Shown: positions 36,777 to 44,504 of the stretch, piece by piece
Layout: each line of letters starts with the position of its first letter
Position numbering within the stretch: the stretch's first letter is position 1
IMG/VR virus record: IMGVR_UViG_3300048849_000076
Location: 1 to 64,000 of that record
Length of the DNA: 64,000 bases
From: a virus
Strand: one strand, 5' to 3'
Program-made: the position numbers and the translations under genes
The notes under the pieces: generated by a model
Told to the model about the DNA's origin: nothing
The model's database searches: none
What the model saw: the letters and a program-made list of their open reading frames with translations, nothing else

Positions 36777-37517
36777 TCATGCTCCTGTGATTTGTTGAAG
36801 AGTCATCGGTACCCCCCGCCGCGGCATCATCATCGTGCGACCTATGCGGTTCTCGATCTCTGAGTATCTGGCGAGAAGGTGAGGGTTGTGTTTGGCGGCG
36901 ATCTTGAGATCACTGTCGCTCGACATGATACAGAAGACACAGGATAGCCTGGTCATACCGAGGGAATATGCAGGGTGCGGCGTCTGGCCAGCGCTGCGGA
37001 TCTCCTCCCAAACTTGGTCGAGGGTCAGATGCTGGATCGGCAACCAGTCGTACCAAAGCCGGCCGGCGAGGCTGTTACCCTTGCTGAACTTGAGCGACTG
37101 CTTCTTGGCTCGGTTCGGACTCTCCTCCGACCGGAGCCCCATACAGTTGACGACCAACCCCTTGAAGCGAGAATTTGCCCTCAAGTATCGGCGGATTTCA
37201 CGCTCGATTGGGCCACGTTTGAGGTCGCTGGTGCATTGTCGCTGCTGTGGCGACGGGAACATGCCCCTGTGCTCGACCATTTCGAGGAAGGTCTTGTTTT
37301 CGTTCTTGCAGATGATGAGCGGGAGATCCCCGATCGTTGATTTTATGTGATCGACAACACCTGGCCACTCGACCTCACCCAAATTAGCGTGGATCACGAC
37401 GAGCTGGTCGGCTGGGATAATACGGCGCAGGACAGAAGTCATCGCCTGACTATCCTTGCCGCCGCTGTGGTTGATGACGAAGAGGGCTCCGCGATCGACA
37501 AGCTCGCTAGGTGTCAT
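36777..37517 (-). CDS. PAPS reductase-like PP-loop ATP pyrophosphatase family protein
   Basis: ATG 37517. PP-loop FVINHSGGKDSQAM. C-terminal LSCVFC pair. Confidence 0.8.
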   Translation of the reverse strand: MTPSELVDRGALFVINHSGGKDSQAMTSVLRRIIPADQLVVIHANLGEVEWPGVVDHIKSTIGDLPLIICKNENKTFLEMVEHRGMFPSPQQRQCTSDLKRGPIEREIRRYLRANSRFKGLVVNCMGLRSEESPNRAKKQSLKFSKGNSLAGRLWYDWLPIQHLTLDQVWEEIRSAGQTPHPAYSLGMTRLSCVFCIMSSDSDLKIAAKHNPHLLARYSEIENRIGRTMMMPRRGVPMTLQQITGA

Positions 37518-37701
37518 TGAGGAACCTCTTTGCGATCGCGATCGTCCACTCGTTCTCGATGGTGGGTACTGAGGCGATGGCCCGTTCGATCTCGAGCACA
37601 CCACTCCGATCGCCATGCAGCCGGCGGGCAGCTGCGGCCTGATGAAGCTCGGCCACAAAGGCCGAGCTGTTATGTTCGTAAGCACGTTGGGTCAGCGTCA
37701 T
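37507..37701 (-). CDS. hypothetical protein
   Basis: ATG 37701. Overlaps the next start by 11 nt. Confidence 0.5.
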   Translation of the reverse strand: MTLTQRAYEHNSSAFVAELHQAAAARRLHGDRSGVLEIERAIASVPTIENEWTIAIAKRFLNDT

Positions 37702-38029
37702 AGCTAAATCCTGGTGATGAGACGTGGATGGTGGTGTAGGCACCCGAGCCGCCGAGCCTGTAACCGCTCACGGATTGTGGTTCAGAGGGTGCCCACGTTT
37801 TGAAAGTGACGTCATCGATCGTCAGTCCCATCGGGACGCGATCCGAGCGAGCAATGCGGCCGAGGAGACCGGACTCGCGGACCCGCTTCTTGTGGAGGCG
37901 AGCCTCGACGTCCTTGATCTGGTCCTCGAGTTCGGACAGACGACGGCGCAGATTGATGGACTGGTCTTCCAGTGAGAGGGTCACGGTTGGAAATCCCTCC
38001 ATTCTGGCCATTGGGTGCAGCCGGTCCAA
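37670..38029 (-). CDS. hypothetical protein
   Basis: 119-aa ORF with a coiled-coil segment. Start uncertain (M1/M7/M10). Confidence 0.55.
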   Translation of the reverse strand: MDRLHPMARMEGFPTVTLSLEDQSINLRRRLSELEDQIKDVEARLHKKRVRESGLLGRIARSDRVPMGLTIDDVTFKTWAPSEPQSVSGYRLGGSGAYTTIHVSSPGFSYDADPTCLRT

Positions 38030-38343
38030 TCACCCTCGTTCCAGCAGCGGAGGAACTCGATCCCCTCCCGAGTGTGAAGGGCGAACTGGATCGCGTGGAC
38101 AGGATCGAGGAGCCGGTGTTTGCGGCGCTCGAGCTGCATCTTGTTGAGGAAATATGCAGGGTCCGTCTCGAGGAGCACGACACACAGGGCGTCGAAGACG
38201 GCCTTGAACTTGAGCTTTTCGAGATCTGACACGCGGTCATGCATGTCCATTGCCTGCTCCGTCAGGCTCATAGCCCGACGTTCATCCCGATCTCCGTTGT
38301 CGTCGGAGTTTTCTAGGGCTTCCTTGATTACGTCGTGGATCAT
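37981..38343 (-). CDS. hypothetical protein
   Basis: 120-aa ORF, first gene after the terminator at 38353-38382. Confidence 0.6.
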   Translation of the reverse strand: MIHDVIKEALENSDDNGDRDERRAMSLTEQAMDMHDRVSDLEKLKFKAVFDALCVVLLETDPAYFLNKMQLERRKHRLLDPVHAIQFALHTREGIEFLRCWNEGDWTGCTQWPEWRDFQP

Positions 38344-38352
38344 CGATCCTCC

Positions 38353-38382
38353 AGAAAAGAAAAACCCCGCTCGAGGCGGGGT
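38353..38382 (-). terminator. intrinsic terminator after the GapR-like gene
   Basis: On the minus strand, ACCCCGC-CTCGA-GCGGGGT is followed by TTTTTCTTTTC. Confidence 0.8.
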
Positions 38383-38389
38383 GTTGGGG

Positions 38390-38653
38390 TTATTCAGACG
38401 CTGGCCCCTCGATCATGCCGAGGGCCTGGAGGTAGGTGTCGAGGATCAGATCCTCCTCCATCCGCTCCTGGTCGTCCTTCTTGCGGAGAGCGATCACCTT
38501 CTTCATGATCTTGGTGTCGTAACCCATCCCCTTGGCCTCGCCGTAGACATCCTTGATGTCATCAGCGATCGTCTTCTTTTCCTCCTCGAGACGCTCAATG
38601 CGTTCGATGTAGGCGCGGAGTTGGTCACGAGCTACGCTGTGTGCATCAGACAT
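38390..38653 (-). CDS. GapR-like (DUF2312/UPF0335) nucleoid-associated protein
   Basis: ATG 38653 with [46 protein letters not shown] closely parallels the Caulobacter GapR family. Confidence 0.85.
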   Translation of the reverse strand: MSDAHSVARDQLRAYIERIERLEEEKKTIADDIKDVYGEAKGMGYDTKIMKKVIALRKKDDQERMEEDLILDTYLQALGMIEGPASE

Positions 38654-38919
38654 GTTACTGTTTCCTTGTTTCGGATGATGGTGTTGCCGTAGAAGTCGGA
38701 GGTCAGCTCGCAGATCTTTCCACGGCGGTGCTTGCAGCTCGCGCAAGTCCTGCCTTGCGAGAGGTAATAGTCGGTGAGACATTTGCTGGCGGCAGCTTTA
38801 CGGAGGTTCCGGCGAGCTTTACTGGTTCGCCGGCTGGCTAGAAGCCCCGGCCAGTAAAGTTCGCAGAGCATCACCTCCTGCTCGAGGGTGAAGCCATTGG
38901 TCAGAGGTGGTGTTGTCAT
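38632..38919 (-). CDS. hypothetical Cys-containing basic protein
   Basis: ATG 38919. [12 protein letters not shown] segment. Overlaps the GapR-like start by 22 nt. Confidence 0.5.
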   Translation of the reverse strand: MTTPPLTNGFTLEQEVMLCELYWPGLLASRRTSKARRNLRKAAASKCLTDYYLSQGRTCASCKHRRGKICELTSDFYGNTIIRNKETVTCLMHTA

Positions 38920-39112
38920 GAAGAAGCCCTTCGTCATCAACGAGACTAAGTTGGATGGTGTCCCTGACGACGTTAGGCAGGCATGCATGACGCTAATCGC
39001 GTGGGCGATTAACAGTGACAGCATCGTCTCAAACATCCAGCTTCGTGACCTAGTCCATGAGGGGTTGCCCCTTGGTGACTACGAAGTGTCGGTCAAGAAG
39101 CTTCTGGACTAG
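38918..39112 (+). CDS. hypothetical protein on the opposite strand
   Basis: ATG 38918 with GAGGTGG SD. 64 aa with a globular-looking sequence. Its stop overlaps the convergent gene's stop (CTAG). Confidence 0.5.
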   Translation: MKKPFVINETKLDGVPDDVRQACMTLIAWAINSDSIVSNIQLRDLVHEGLPLGDYEVSVKKLLD

Positions 39113-39453
39113 CTGATGATCGCACCACCACAGTCAGAGCAGACGTCTGATCCGTCATTGTCGGTGCTACCGCAGTTTTCACAGCACGCATCCTTGATCC
39201 CAGCGTCTTCGTTGCTGACCCAGGTCCAACTCATGACGAAGGCGCCATCCTCGCCGCGGGAAACGACGGCGTCCGGATCAACTTCGAGCTCATCGCTTGT
39301 GAGAACGGCGCTGCGGAAAAGCTCGTCACAAGGATCTGGTCCCTCGTAAAACTTCTCCTGCAGCTGCAGGGCGCCAGCCCTGTTGTTTGCGATGGAGTAG
39401 CTGAGTGCGTCTCGCACGATCTCCAGCTCTTTTTGATTAAGCTGAAACCACAT
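39109..39453 (-). CDS. hypothetical protein with C-terminal CxxC..CxxC zinc ribbon
   Basis: CCENCGS...CSDCGG at the C-terminus. Confidence 0.6.
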   Translation of the reverse strand: MWFQLNQKELEIVRDALSYSIANNRAGALQLQEKFYEGPDPCDELFRSAVLTSDELEVDPDAVVSRGEDGAFVMSWTWVSNEDAGIKDACCENCGSTDNDGSDVCSDCGGAIIS

Positions 39454-39812
39454 CAGGCCACCAGACCGATCTTCGTCTCGGTGCTCGGCTCGAGCTCGAT
39501 GGCCGGGACCGTTCCACGCTTGCCGTGGTCGAACTGGACCCAGACGTCGATATCGTGCATGGCCAGGACTGTGCCGCGGACTGGGTGGCGCCGATCCATT
39601 CCATCGGACTTGTTGTGCTTCTTCTGCACCCGTTCGCCAGGGGCGAAATATGGCTGCACCATCGTGACCGCCTTCGGGTCGACGAAGATGCTGGTGTAGT
39701 GCCCCTCTGGCAGCACGTAGACGTTGGCATCTTTCTTTTCAGGATCGAAGTTGTCGCTCTGGACAACGGCCTTGACGGTGACGACGTCACCCTTGCGATA
39801 TTTCTGGGTCAT
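39453..39812 (-). CDS. hypothetical protein (tandem SH3/KOW-like repeats?)
   Basis: 119 aa. KGDVVTVKAVV and RGTVLAMHDIDVWVQF suggest two small beta-barrel repeats. Confidence 0.6.
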   Translation of the reverse strand: MTQKYRKGDVVTVKAVVQSDNFDPEKKDANVYVLPEGHYTSIFVDPKAVTMVQPYFAPGERVQKKHNKSDGMDRRHPVRGTVLAMHDIDVWVQFDHGKRGTVPAIELEPSTETKIGLVA

Positions 39813-39884
39813 GGACTCTTTCCTTTCGACTCGACAAACGGGATCGATGGCGCTACTTCCGTTTTCGAACGAAAGGAGAACATC

Positions 39885-40181
39885 GTGCGTTTGTCAGATA
39901 GTTTTGATGTTTGGTGGGAAGGTCTCAGCGAGGCCACCAAGTCTCGGATCGACAAGGCTACGGCTCGCCACGCCTACGTCGCTGGCTTCCGCCGGTACAC
40001 GGCTCCTGAACTGAAGAAGTTCAAGCTCTATGCTGGCCGGCGGAAGGTGACTGTTTCTGCGAGGACGCTGGAGGACGCGAAAGCGAAAGCCATCACTGTG
40101 CTCAATCAGCGGGCTGCAGCGGCTGGGCTCAATCCTCCGAAAGCGGGCTGGAAACTGAAACCGGCTCAGGAACTGGTGTGA
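39885..40181 (+). CDS. hypothetical basic protein on the opposite strand
   Basis: GTG 39885 with AAGGAG 6 nt upstream. No minus-strand ORF covers 39813-40128. Its 3' end overlaps the convergent gene by 53 nt. Confidence 0.5.
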   Translation: MRLSDSFDVWWEGLSEATKSRIDKATARHAYVAGFRRYTAPELKKFKLYAGRRKVTVSARTLEDAKAKAITVLNQRAAAAGLNPPKAGWKLKPAQELV

Positions 40182-40350
40182 CTTCCATCGACATGTCAGC
40201 CGTGCTGAGGGTCTCCCACTGGAGTGGATCCTCGCCTACGGCTCGAAGACCCTCGACGTAGTCAATAGGTGCCACCCCCTGCGGGACGTCGACCACTGCA
40301 TGGCCGACTTCCGTAACCAAGCGTTTTTGCTGGACCTCAAACTTCGGCAT
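40129..40350 (-). CDS. hypothetical protein
   Basis: 73-aa ORF. Its start overlaps the upstream stop by 14 nt. Confidence 0.5.
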   Translation of the reverse strand: MPKFEVQQKRLVTEVGHAVVDVPQGVAPIDYVEGLRAVGEDPLQWETLSTADMSMEVTPVPEPVSVSSPLSED

Positions 40351-40672
40351 CAGCTACCGCCTGTTTTGCAATCGCCGCCACTTCCTCAGCAACCTCGGGC
40401 GGCGTGCCCTGCGGTGCATTGATCGACGCGAGCGATCCTCGCACGAGCCAGGGTTGGAACGGCGTGATCTTCGCACCATCGGGAAGCTTCAATCGCTCTT
40501 TGATCTGGGCCATCACTGCCTGGATCGCTTCGATGCTTTCCAGGGCGGTAATTCCGCTCAGCAGGATGTGTCCCTGATCCCAAGATCCATCTTCTGTGGA
40601 CCACATGAAAGGCACATAGAGGAGCTGCGAGTTCTCCGCTGGTGTACCTGGTTTGCTTAGTTTCTTTGGCAT
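40337..40672 (-). CDS. hypothetical protein
   Basis: ATG 40672 with AGGAG SD. Confidence 0.6.
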   Translation of the reverse strand: MPKKLSKPGTPAENSQLLYVPFMWSTEDGSWDQGHILLSGITALESIEAIQAVMAQIKERLKLPDGAKITPFQPWLVRGSLASINAPQGTPPEVAEEVAAIAKQAVADAEV

Positions 40673-40680
40673 GTTTTCTC

Positions 40681-41157
40681 CTATTGCAGTTCTTCGATAG
40701 CGACGGGGGTGAAGTTCGTCTGCTCGACGCAGACATTGCGGTGGAAGGCTTCCGGCGAAGCCTCCTGATGGATGTGTCCGTGGACGTTCATCCAGCAGCC
40801 GTTCCGGAGCTGATCCCGACGCATCGGGACATGGGTTGCAATGAAACCCTGCTCCGCGAAGACGCGCCACATGTAGATCCGCTGAAACAGCCGAGCATCT
40901 GCCAGCTCGAGGATGTCATCGTGGTTGCCAGCGACCAGCCGGATGGTGCCATTCAGCCGCTTCCGGACGCGCTTTGCGTCCTTCGTTGTCCAGGCAAAGT
41001 CACCAAGGTGGTAGACGCGATCCTGCGGTGTGACGACCTTGTTCCACTGGTCGATCATGAACTCGTCCATAGCCTCGACGGACGAGAACTGGGGGCGGCA
41101 GTGTTCCATTATTCCACGATGCCCAAAGTGGGTGTCGCTGATGAAGAAGGTATTCAT
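40681..41157 (-). CDS. metallophosphoesterase (small Ser/Thr phosphatase/YfcE-like)
   Basis: ATG 41157 with AGGAG SD. Motifs ISDTHFGH, HLGDF, GNHD and HGHIH. Confidence 0.85.
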   Translation of the reverse strand: MNTFFISDTHFGHRGIMEHCRPQFSSVEAMDEFMIDQWNKVVTPQDRVYHLGDFAWTTKDAKRVRKRLNGTIRLVAGNHDDILELADARLFQRIYMWRVFAEQGFIATHVPMRRDQLRNGCWMNVHGHIHQEASPEAFHRNVCVEQTNFTPVAIEELQ

Positions 41158-41183
41158 GATATCTCCTGGGTTTATGAAACGGC

Positions 41184-41197
41184 TCCCCCGCGGGGGA
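41184..41197. repeat. TCCCCCGCGGGGGA palindrome copy 1
   Basis: Exact 14-mer inside the extended hairpin GGCTCCCCCGCGGGGGAAGGAGCC, between the TerB-like and phosphoesterase genes. Confidence 0.8.
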
Positions 41198-41225
41198 AGG
41201 AGCCGAAACAAAAGCCCACCGATGA

Positions 41226-41681
41226 TTAGAACTCGAATTTCGAGGTATCGACGTTGAGGCGGGTTGCCAGCTTCTTGAGCACGTCAGCTTCAGCCGGCTC
41301 GAGCTCGCCGTCCGAGTGAGCGATGTCGAGGGCGATCATGTAGGCGTCTTCAGCCATCTGCGGCCCATCGGCGCGACCCTTGACGTCATCGAGTTCACGA
41401 GCGAGCAGCTGGCGACCCGAGAAGTCCTTGGCACGCTTGAACATCGTCTCGGCGGTCTGCTCGATCACCTGGGTGGAGTAGAGCTTCGACAGCTGCGGGT
41501 GGTTCACGATGACCGATACGACCTTACGGCGCTCGCTCTCTTCGATGTCACCATCTGCGGCGGCGACGAGTGCAGCTGCGGCAAGAACAGCTTCCAAGAA
41601 GTCCTTGTTCTGGCTGTACTCAGCCTTTACTTCCTTGGATGCTGCGCCGAATGCTTTCTTTACTGATTTAAATCCAAACAT
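41226..41681 (-). CDS. TerB-domain (tellurite-resistance-like) protein
   Basis: ATG 41681 with AGGAG SD. AAAALVAAADGDIEESERRKV and IALDIAHSDGELEPAE repeat the TerB DGxhxxxE pattern. Confidence 0.7.
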   Translation of the reverse strand: MFGFKSVKKAFGAASKEVKAEYSQNKDFLEAVLAAAALVAAADGDIEESERRKVVSVIVNHPQLSKLYSTQVIEQTAETMFKRAKDFSGRQLLARELDDVKGRADGPQMAEDAYMIALDIAHSDGELEPAEADVLKKLATRLNVDTSKFEF

Positions 41682-41709
41682 GAATATCTCCTGATGTTGT
41701 TTGGTTGAT

Positions 41710-41823
41710 TTAGATGGAGGCAGGGAAGCGGCGCTCGAAGCGCCGGCCGATCCAGAAGGCACCGGCGATGCTTGCAATGAAGCCGCAGAGTTCTGGTAGA
41801 TTATTGAAGACAGCGATCATCAT
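41710..41823 (-). CDS. possible 37-aa membrane peptide
   Basis: MMIAVFNNLPELCGFIASIAGAFWIGRRF. Weak SD. Below the ORF-track cutoff. Confidence 0.25.
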   Translation of the reverse strand: MMIAVFNNLPELCGFIASIAGAFWIGRRFERRFPASI

Positions 41824-41906
41824 CGCGAGTGACCCTTTCTGGTAGTTGAGCAACAGGCTCCATCAGTGGCTTCCTCATAGGGAAGCCACTCGCAGAGACG
41901 GTTGGT

Positions 41907-42773
41907 TCAGGAACCGAAGTTGGCGAGGATGTTGGTGCGAGCTTTCATGACTGATCGGATGAAGGTCTTCAGCTGGGCCTGGTCGTTAAGCGTGTCCTTG
42001 TTCACGTAGACCTTGGCGAGCCAGGTGAGGGTGTCCTTACCGTCGAACCAGCCCTGCAAGCTCTTCTTGTAGGTGCCGCTCGGGATCTCGGAGTAGGCAT
42101 AGAGTGGCTTGCCCTGCGAGTCCGGCGCGTCGTCGAAGTCACGGTCATTGACGCCGACCAAAGCCAGATTATCGCCATAGAACTCGTCGGCCGAGCGGAT
42201 GGTCGAGTTACCCAACGCCGCCGGGAAGAGACCGCATGTCGTCTGATCGTTGGCGATAGATGAGAGAGCGATGTCGCCACTTTCATCTGTGGGGCGAACG
42301 CCGGCATAGTCCGAGTCTTCTGCGATGAGGTTCTGCCAGATCAGCCAGGCGCCCGAGCCGCTGCCACCGAGGGCAATCGAGTATTTCTTCGCGTTGCTCT
42401 CGAGATCACCAATGTCGTCGACACCAGAGTTCTTACCACACAAAGCGTGGAGGTATTCACGGTGCAGATCCGCGATCGGCAGGAACTTGGAGGCGCTTGC
42501 CGGCTCGACGCGCTTCAGATAAGCCAGCCCATCTGGTTGGCCGATGAAGGCATCGCACTTGCCCTGCAGCGAGAGCTGGATGTTGCCCCAGGTGCCGCCT
42601 GTGTCCTTGACGACCTGAACATCAAGACCGGCGCCCTTGGCTTCGGCTTTGATCATGTCGCCTGCTTGGGCATAAGGATCGGATGCTGCTCCGGTGCAAA
42701 GCGTCAGCGCTGCTGCAGGGCTGGAAAAAAGGCATGCGAGGGCGAGAGCCGCCCCGATAAAGAGCTTTTTCAT
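41907..42773 (-). CDS. secreted periplasmic solute-binding protein, TAXI/NMT1-like
   Basis: Signal peptide MKKLFIGAALALACLFSSPAAA. GGTWGNIQL, GQPDG, GGSGSGAW and YSEIPSGTYK follow the TAXI-type TRAP receptor pattern. Confidence 0.65.
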   Translation of the reverse strand: MKKLFIGAALALACLFSSPAAALTLCTGAASDPYAQAGDMIKAEAKGAGLDVQVVKDTGGTWGNIQLSLQGKCDAFIGQPDGLAYLKRVEPASASKFLPIADLHREYLHALCGKNSGVDDIGDLESNAKKYSIALGGSGSGAWLIWQNLIAEDSDYAGVRPTDESGDIALSSIANDQTTCGLFPAALGNSTIRSADEFYGDNLALVGVNDRDFDDAPDSQGKPLYAYSEIPSGTYKKSLQGWFDGKDTLTWLAKVYVNKDTLNDQAQLKTFIRSVMKARTNILANFGS

Positions 42774-42843
42774 GTGGTTTCCTTGGTTGTTGGTGAGGAG
42801 AAGATATTCGCGGATCTGAGATCGCGGAATGGTAGTTCTTCCG

Positions 42844-42858
42844 GACTACAGTGTACTC
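42844..42858. promoter_or_regulatory. 15-bp palindromic motif copy
   Basis: GACTACAGTGTACTC, 71 nt upstream of the binding-protein start. Shares the 17-nt GGACTACAGTGTACT with the copy at 43954. Confidence 0.55.
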
Positions 42859-43135
42859 AGTGAGTTTGGACCGTAGCCAAGATCGTGGCGTATTCTTCCG
42901 GCGCGAACTGGTGGAGGAAGGCGAGAGCCTTCATATGCGGGATGCTGCCGGCCGTGGCTTGGTTCCAGACCAGTTTCCATGCAGCTTCATCGTCGGAGAG
43001 CTTGGCTTCTTCGTCGAGCCGCTGAAGCTGCAGATCCTCGGTTAGGTGCCACCCTTCCAGATGGAAGATCGCAACCTCATCAGTCGTGAACATCCTGGTC
43101 GGGTGATCGAAAAGGCAGAAGATATTATTCGTCAT
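42857..43135 (-). CDS. hypothetical protein
   Basis: ATG 43135. Overlaps the upstream stop by 11 nt. Confidence 0.55.
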   Translation of the reverse strand: MTNNIFCLFDHPTRMFTTDEVAIFHLEGWHLTEDLQLQRLDEEAKLSDDEAAWKLVWNQATAGSIPHMKALAFLHQFAPEEYATILATVQTH

Positions 43136-43361
43136 CTTCCACCTTGTTGAGCTGGTCGAAGGTCCACTCATCGCCGCTTTCGCAAACGAACAGGATCTTC
43201 CCATTTTTCGTTTGGGTTTCCTGAGTATCCCAGTGAACGTCAGTGTCCCCTGTATAGTCAGGCATCCCATCGTCACTGATGCCATCGATATTCGCGGTGC
43301 AGAGCACCATCTCGGCCGTACCGATGATGAGCTCGCCATTGGGTGCTCGGTATCTAGACAT
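43125..43361 (-). CDS. hypothetical protein
   Basis: 78-aa ORF. Its start overlaps the upstream stop by 8 nt. Confidence 0.6.
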   Translation of the reverse strand: MSRYRAPNGELIIGTAEMVLCTANIDGISDDGMPDYTGDTDVHWDTQETQTKNGKILFVCESGDEWTFDQLNKVEDDE

Positions 43362-43704
43362 CGGCCAGATCCTCCTTCGTGATGTAGCGGCCGACGCGGT
43401 AGTTGCCGCGGTCGTCCTTGGTGATGAACAGGTTCTCGTTTAAGAGCTCGTCGCGGATCTCGTTCAAGACGCGGACTGCTTGGACCGCCTTACCGATGGT
43501 GCTTTCACGCCGTCGCTGCTTCCGCAGCTCGCGTAGCACTGGCTTCACCTCCTCGATCGCTCTCCATCCCCTGATCAAACCACCCAGCGACCGCCAATCT
43601 TCTTTGGTCATGTTCAGGAATCGAACCTCGGTGATGTCGTGGTGCTTGAGTAGGTTGGAGGTCTTGATGTCCAGCTCGAGCTGATCGATGAAGTTAACCG
43701 ACAT
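43354..43704 (-). CDS. helix-hairpin-helix protein resembling the RNA polymerase alpha C-terminal domain
   Basis: IDQLELDIKTSNLLKHHDITEVRFL aligns by eye with alpha-CTD [25 protein letters not shown]. Confidence 0.5.
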   Translation of the reverse strand: MSVNFIDQLELDIKTSNLLKHHDITEVRFLNMTKEDWRSLGGLIRGWRAIEEVKPVLRELRKQRRRESTIGKAVQAVRVLNEIRDELLNENLFITKDDRGNYRVGRYITKEDLADV

Positions 43705-43915
43705 GGGGTGCCCTCCCCGAGCCATTGCAGACGCTGCAATCGATCACGTCGATGTTGCCGTTCCCCATATAAATCTGCTCGAGGCCGGCTCCATTGCAGG
43801 CTTCACACTTGCAGTCGCAGGGGATCAGGATCGGCTCGCCCCATGGATAGGTACCGCCGCTATCTGCCATGCCTGTGTCGTCGCATTTGGGGCAAGTGGT
43901 CATGGTCTGGGTCAT
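43694..43915 (-). CDS. DnaJ-type CxxCxGxG zinc-finger protein
   Basis: CPKCDDTG, CEACNGAG and CSVCNGSG repeats in 73 aa. Confidence 0.65.
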   Translation of the reverse strand: MTQTMTTCPKCDDTGMADSGGTYPWGEPILIPCDCKCEACNGAGLEQIYMGNGNIDVIDCSVCNGSGRAPHVG

Positions 43916-43953
43916 GCCCGATCCCTCCGAGGAGAGGAATTATCTTTCGGCGG

Positions 43954-43968
43954 GACTACAGTGTACTG
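43954..43968. promoter_or_regulatory. 15-bp palindromic motif copy
   Basis: GACTACAGTGTACTG, 39 nt upstream of the zinc-finger gene start. Confidence 0.55.
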
Positions 43969-43970
43969 AG

Positions 43971-44177
43971 TCATCGGTGCCTCACCATGGTGTAGGCCGG
44001 TGTTGTCGGCTCGACCACTTGATACGAAGTCGAGAGGTCGTTCGGTGCCAGGTAGGCAACGACGATCGCGCCGCTGAGATAGAACTCGCCCTTCTTCGGC
44101 GGGCGAAATCCAAGCTGGCGATAGTGGTATTTGCCGTCTGTCCGACCCTCGAAGGTCACGGCTGATGGAAGAGGCAT
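43971..44177 (-). CDS. hypothetical protein
   Basis: ATG 44177. Only the last 68 codons of the 204-aa track ORF look protein-like. Confidence 0.45.
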   Translation of the reverse strand: MPLPSAVTFEGRTDGKYHYRQLGFRPPKKGEFYLSGAIVVAYLAPNDLSTSYQVVEPTTPAYTMVRHR

Positions 44178-44216
44178 GATCTTGACTCTTACGGTTGTGA
44201 GAACGAAATAGGAACG

Positions 44217-44504
44217 ATGAAGCATCGTCGAGGCATCACTCTCGGTCGCCCAGGGCGAGACGAGGTTCTGTACCTGGGTCCGGTTCAAGACCCAGCTCAC
44301 ACGACGTTTGCTGATATTCAGGAGTGGTATGCGCTTGGAGCTCACTGCCCAAAGTGCGAGCGAGAGAGCTGGCTGGTCCGCTGGGATCTCAGTCAGAAGT
44401 GGGGACCGAGCACCTATCTCAGCTCGCTGGCCCCTCGCCTTCGCTGCCTCGCGTGTGGCAACCGCGATGGTAACAGGTGGATCATCGGCCAGCTTCCGAG
44501 ATGA
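44217..44504 (+). CDS. zinc-ribbon protein on the opposite strand
   Basis: CPKC...CLAC pair. Fills a gap with no credible minus-strand ORF. Its 3' end overlaps the convergent gene by 23 nt. Confidence 0.5.
   Translation: MKHRRGITLGRPGRDEVLYLGPVQDPAHTTFADIQEWYALGAHCPKCERESWLVRWDLSQKWGPSTYLSSLAPRLRCLACGNRDGNRWIIGQLPR

Noticed and set aside
38632-39036. Full 134-aa version of the minus-strand ORF
   Set aside because: The N-terminal 39 codons overlap the plus-strand ORF 38918-39112, which has a strong SD. The shorter start at 38919 is preferred, but the choice remains uncertain.
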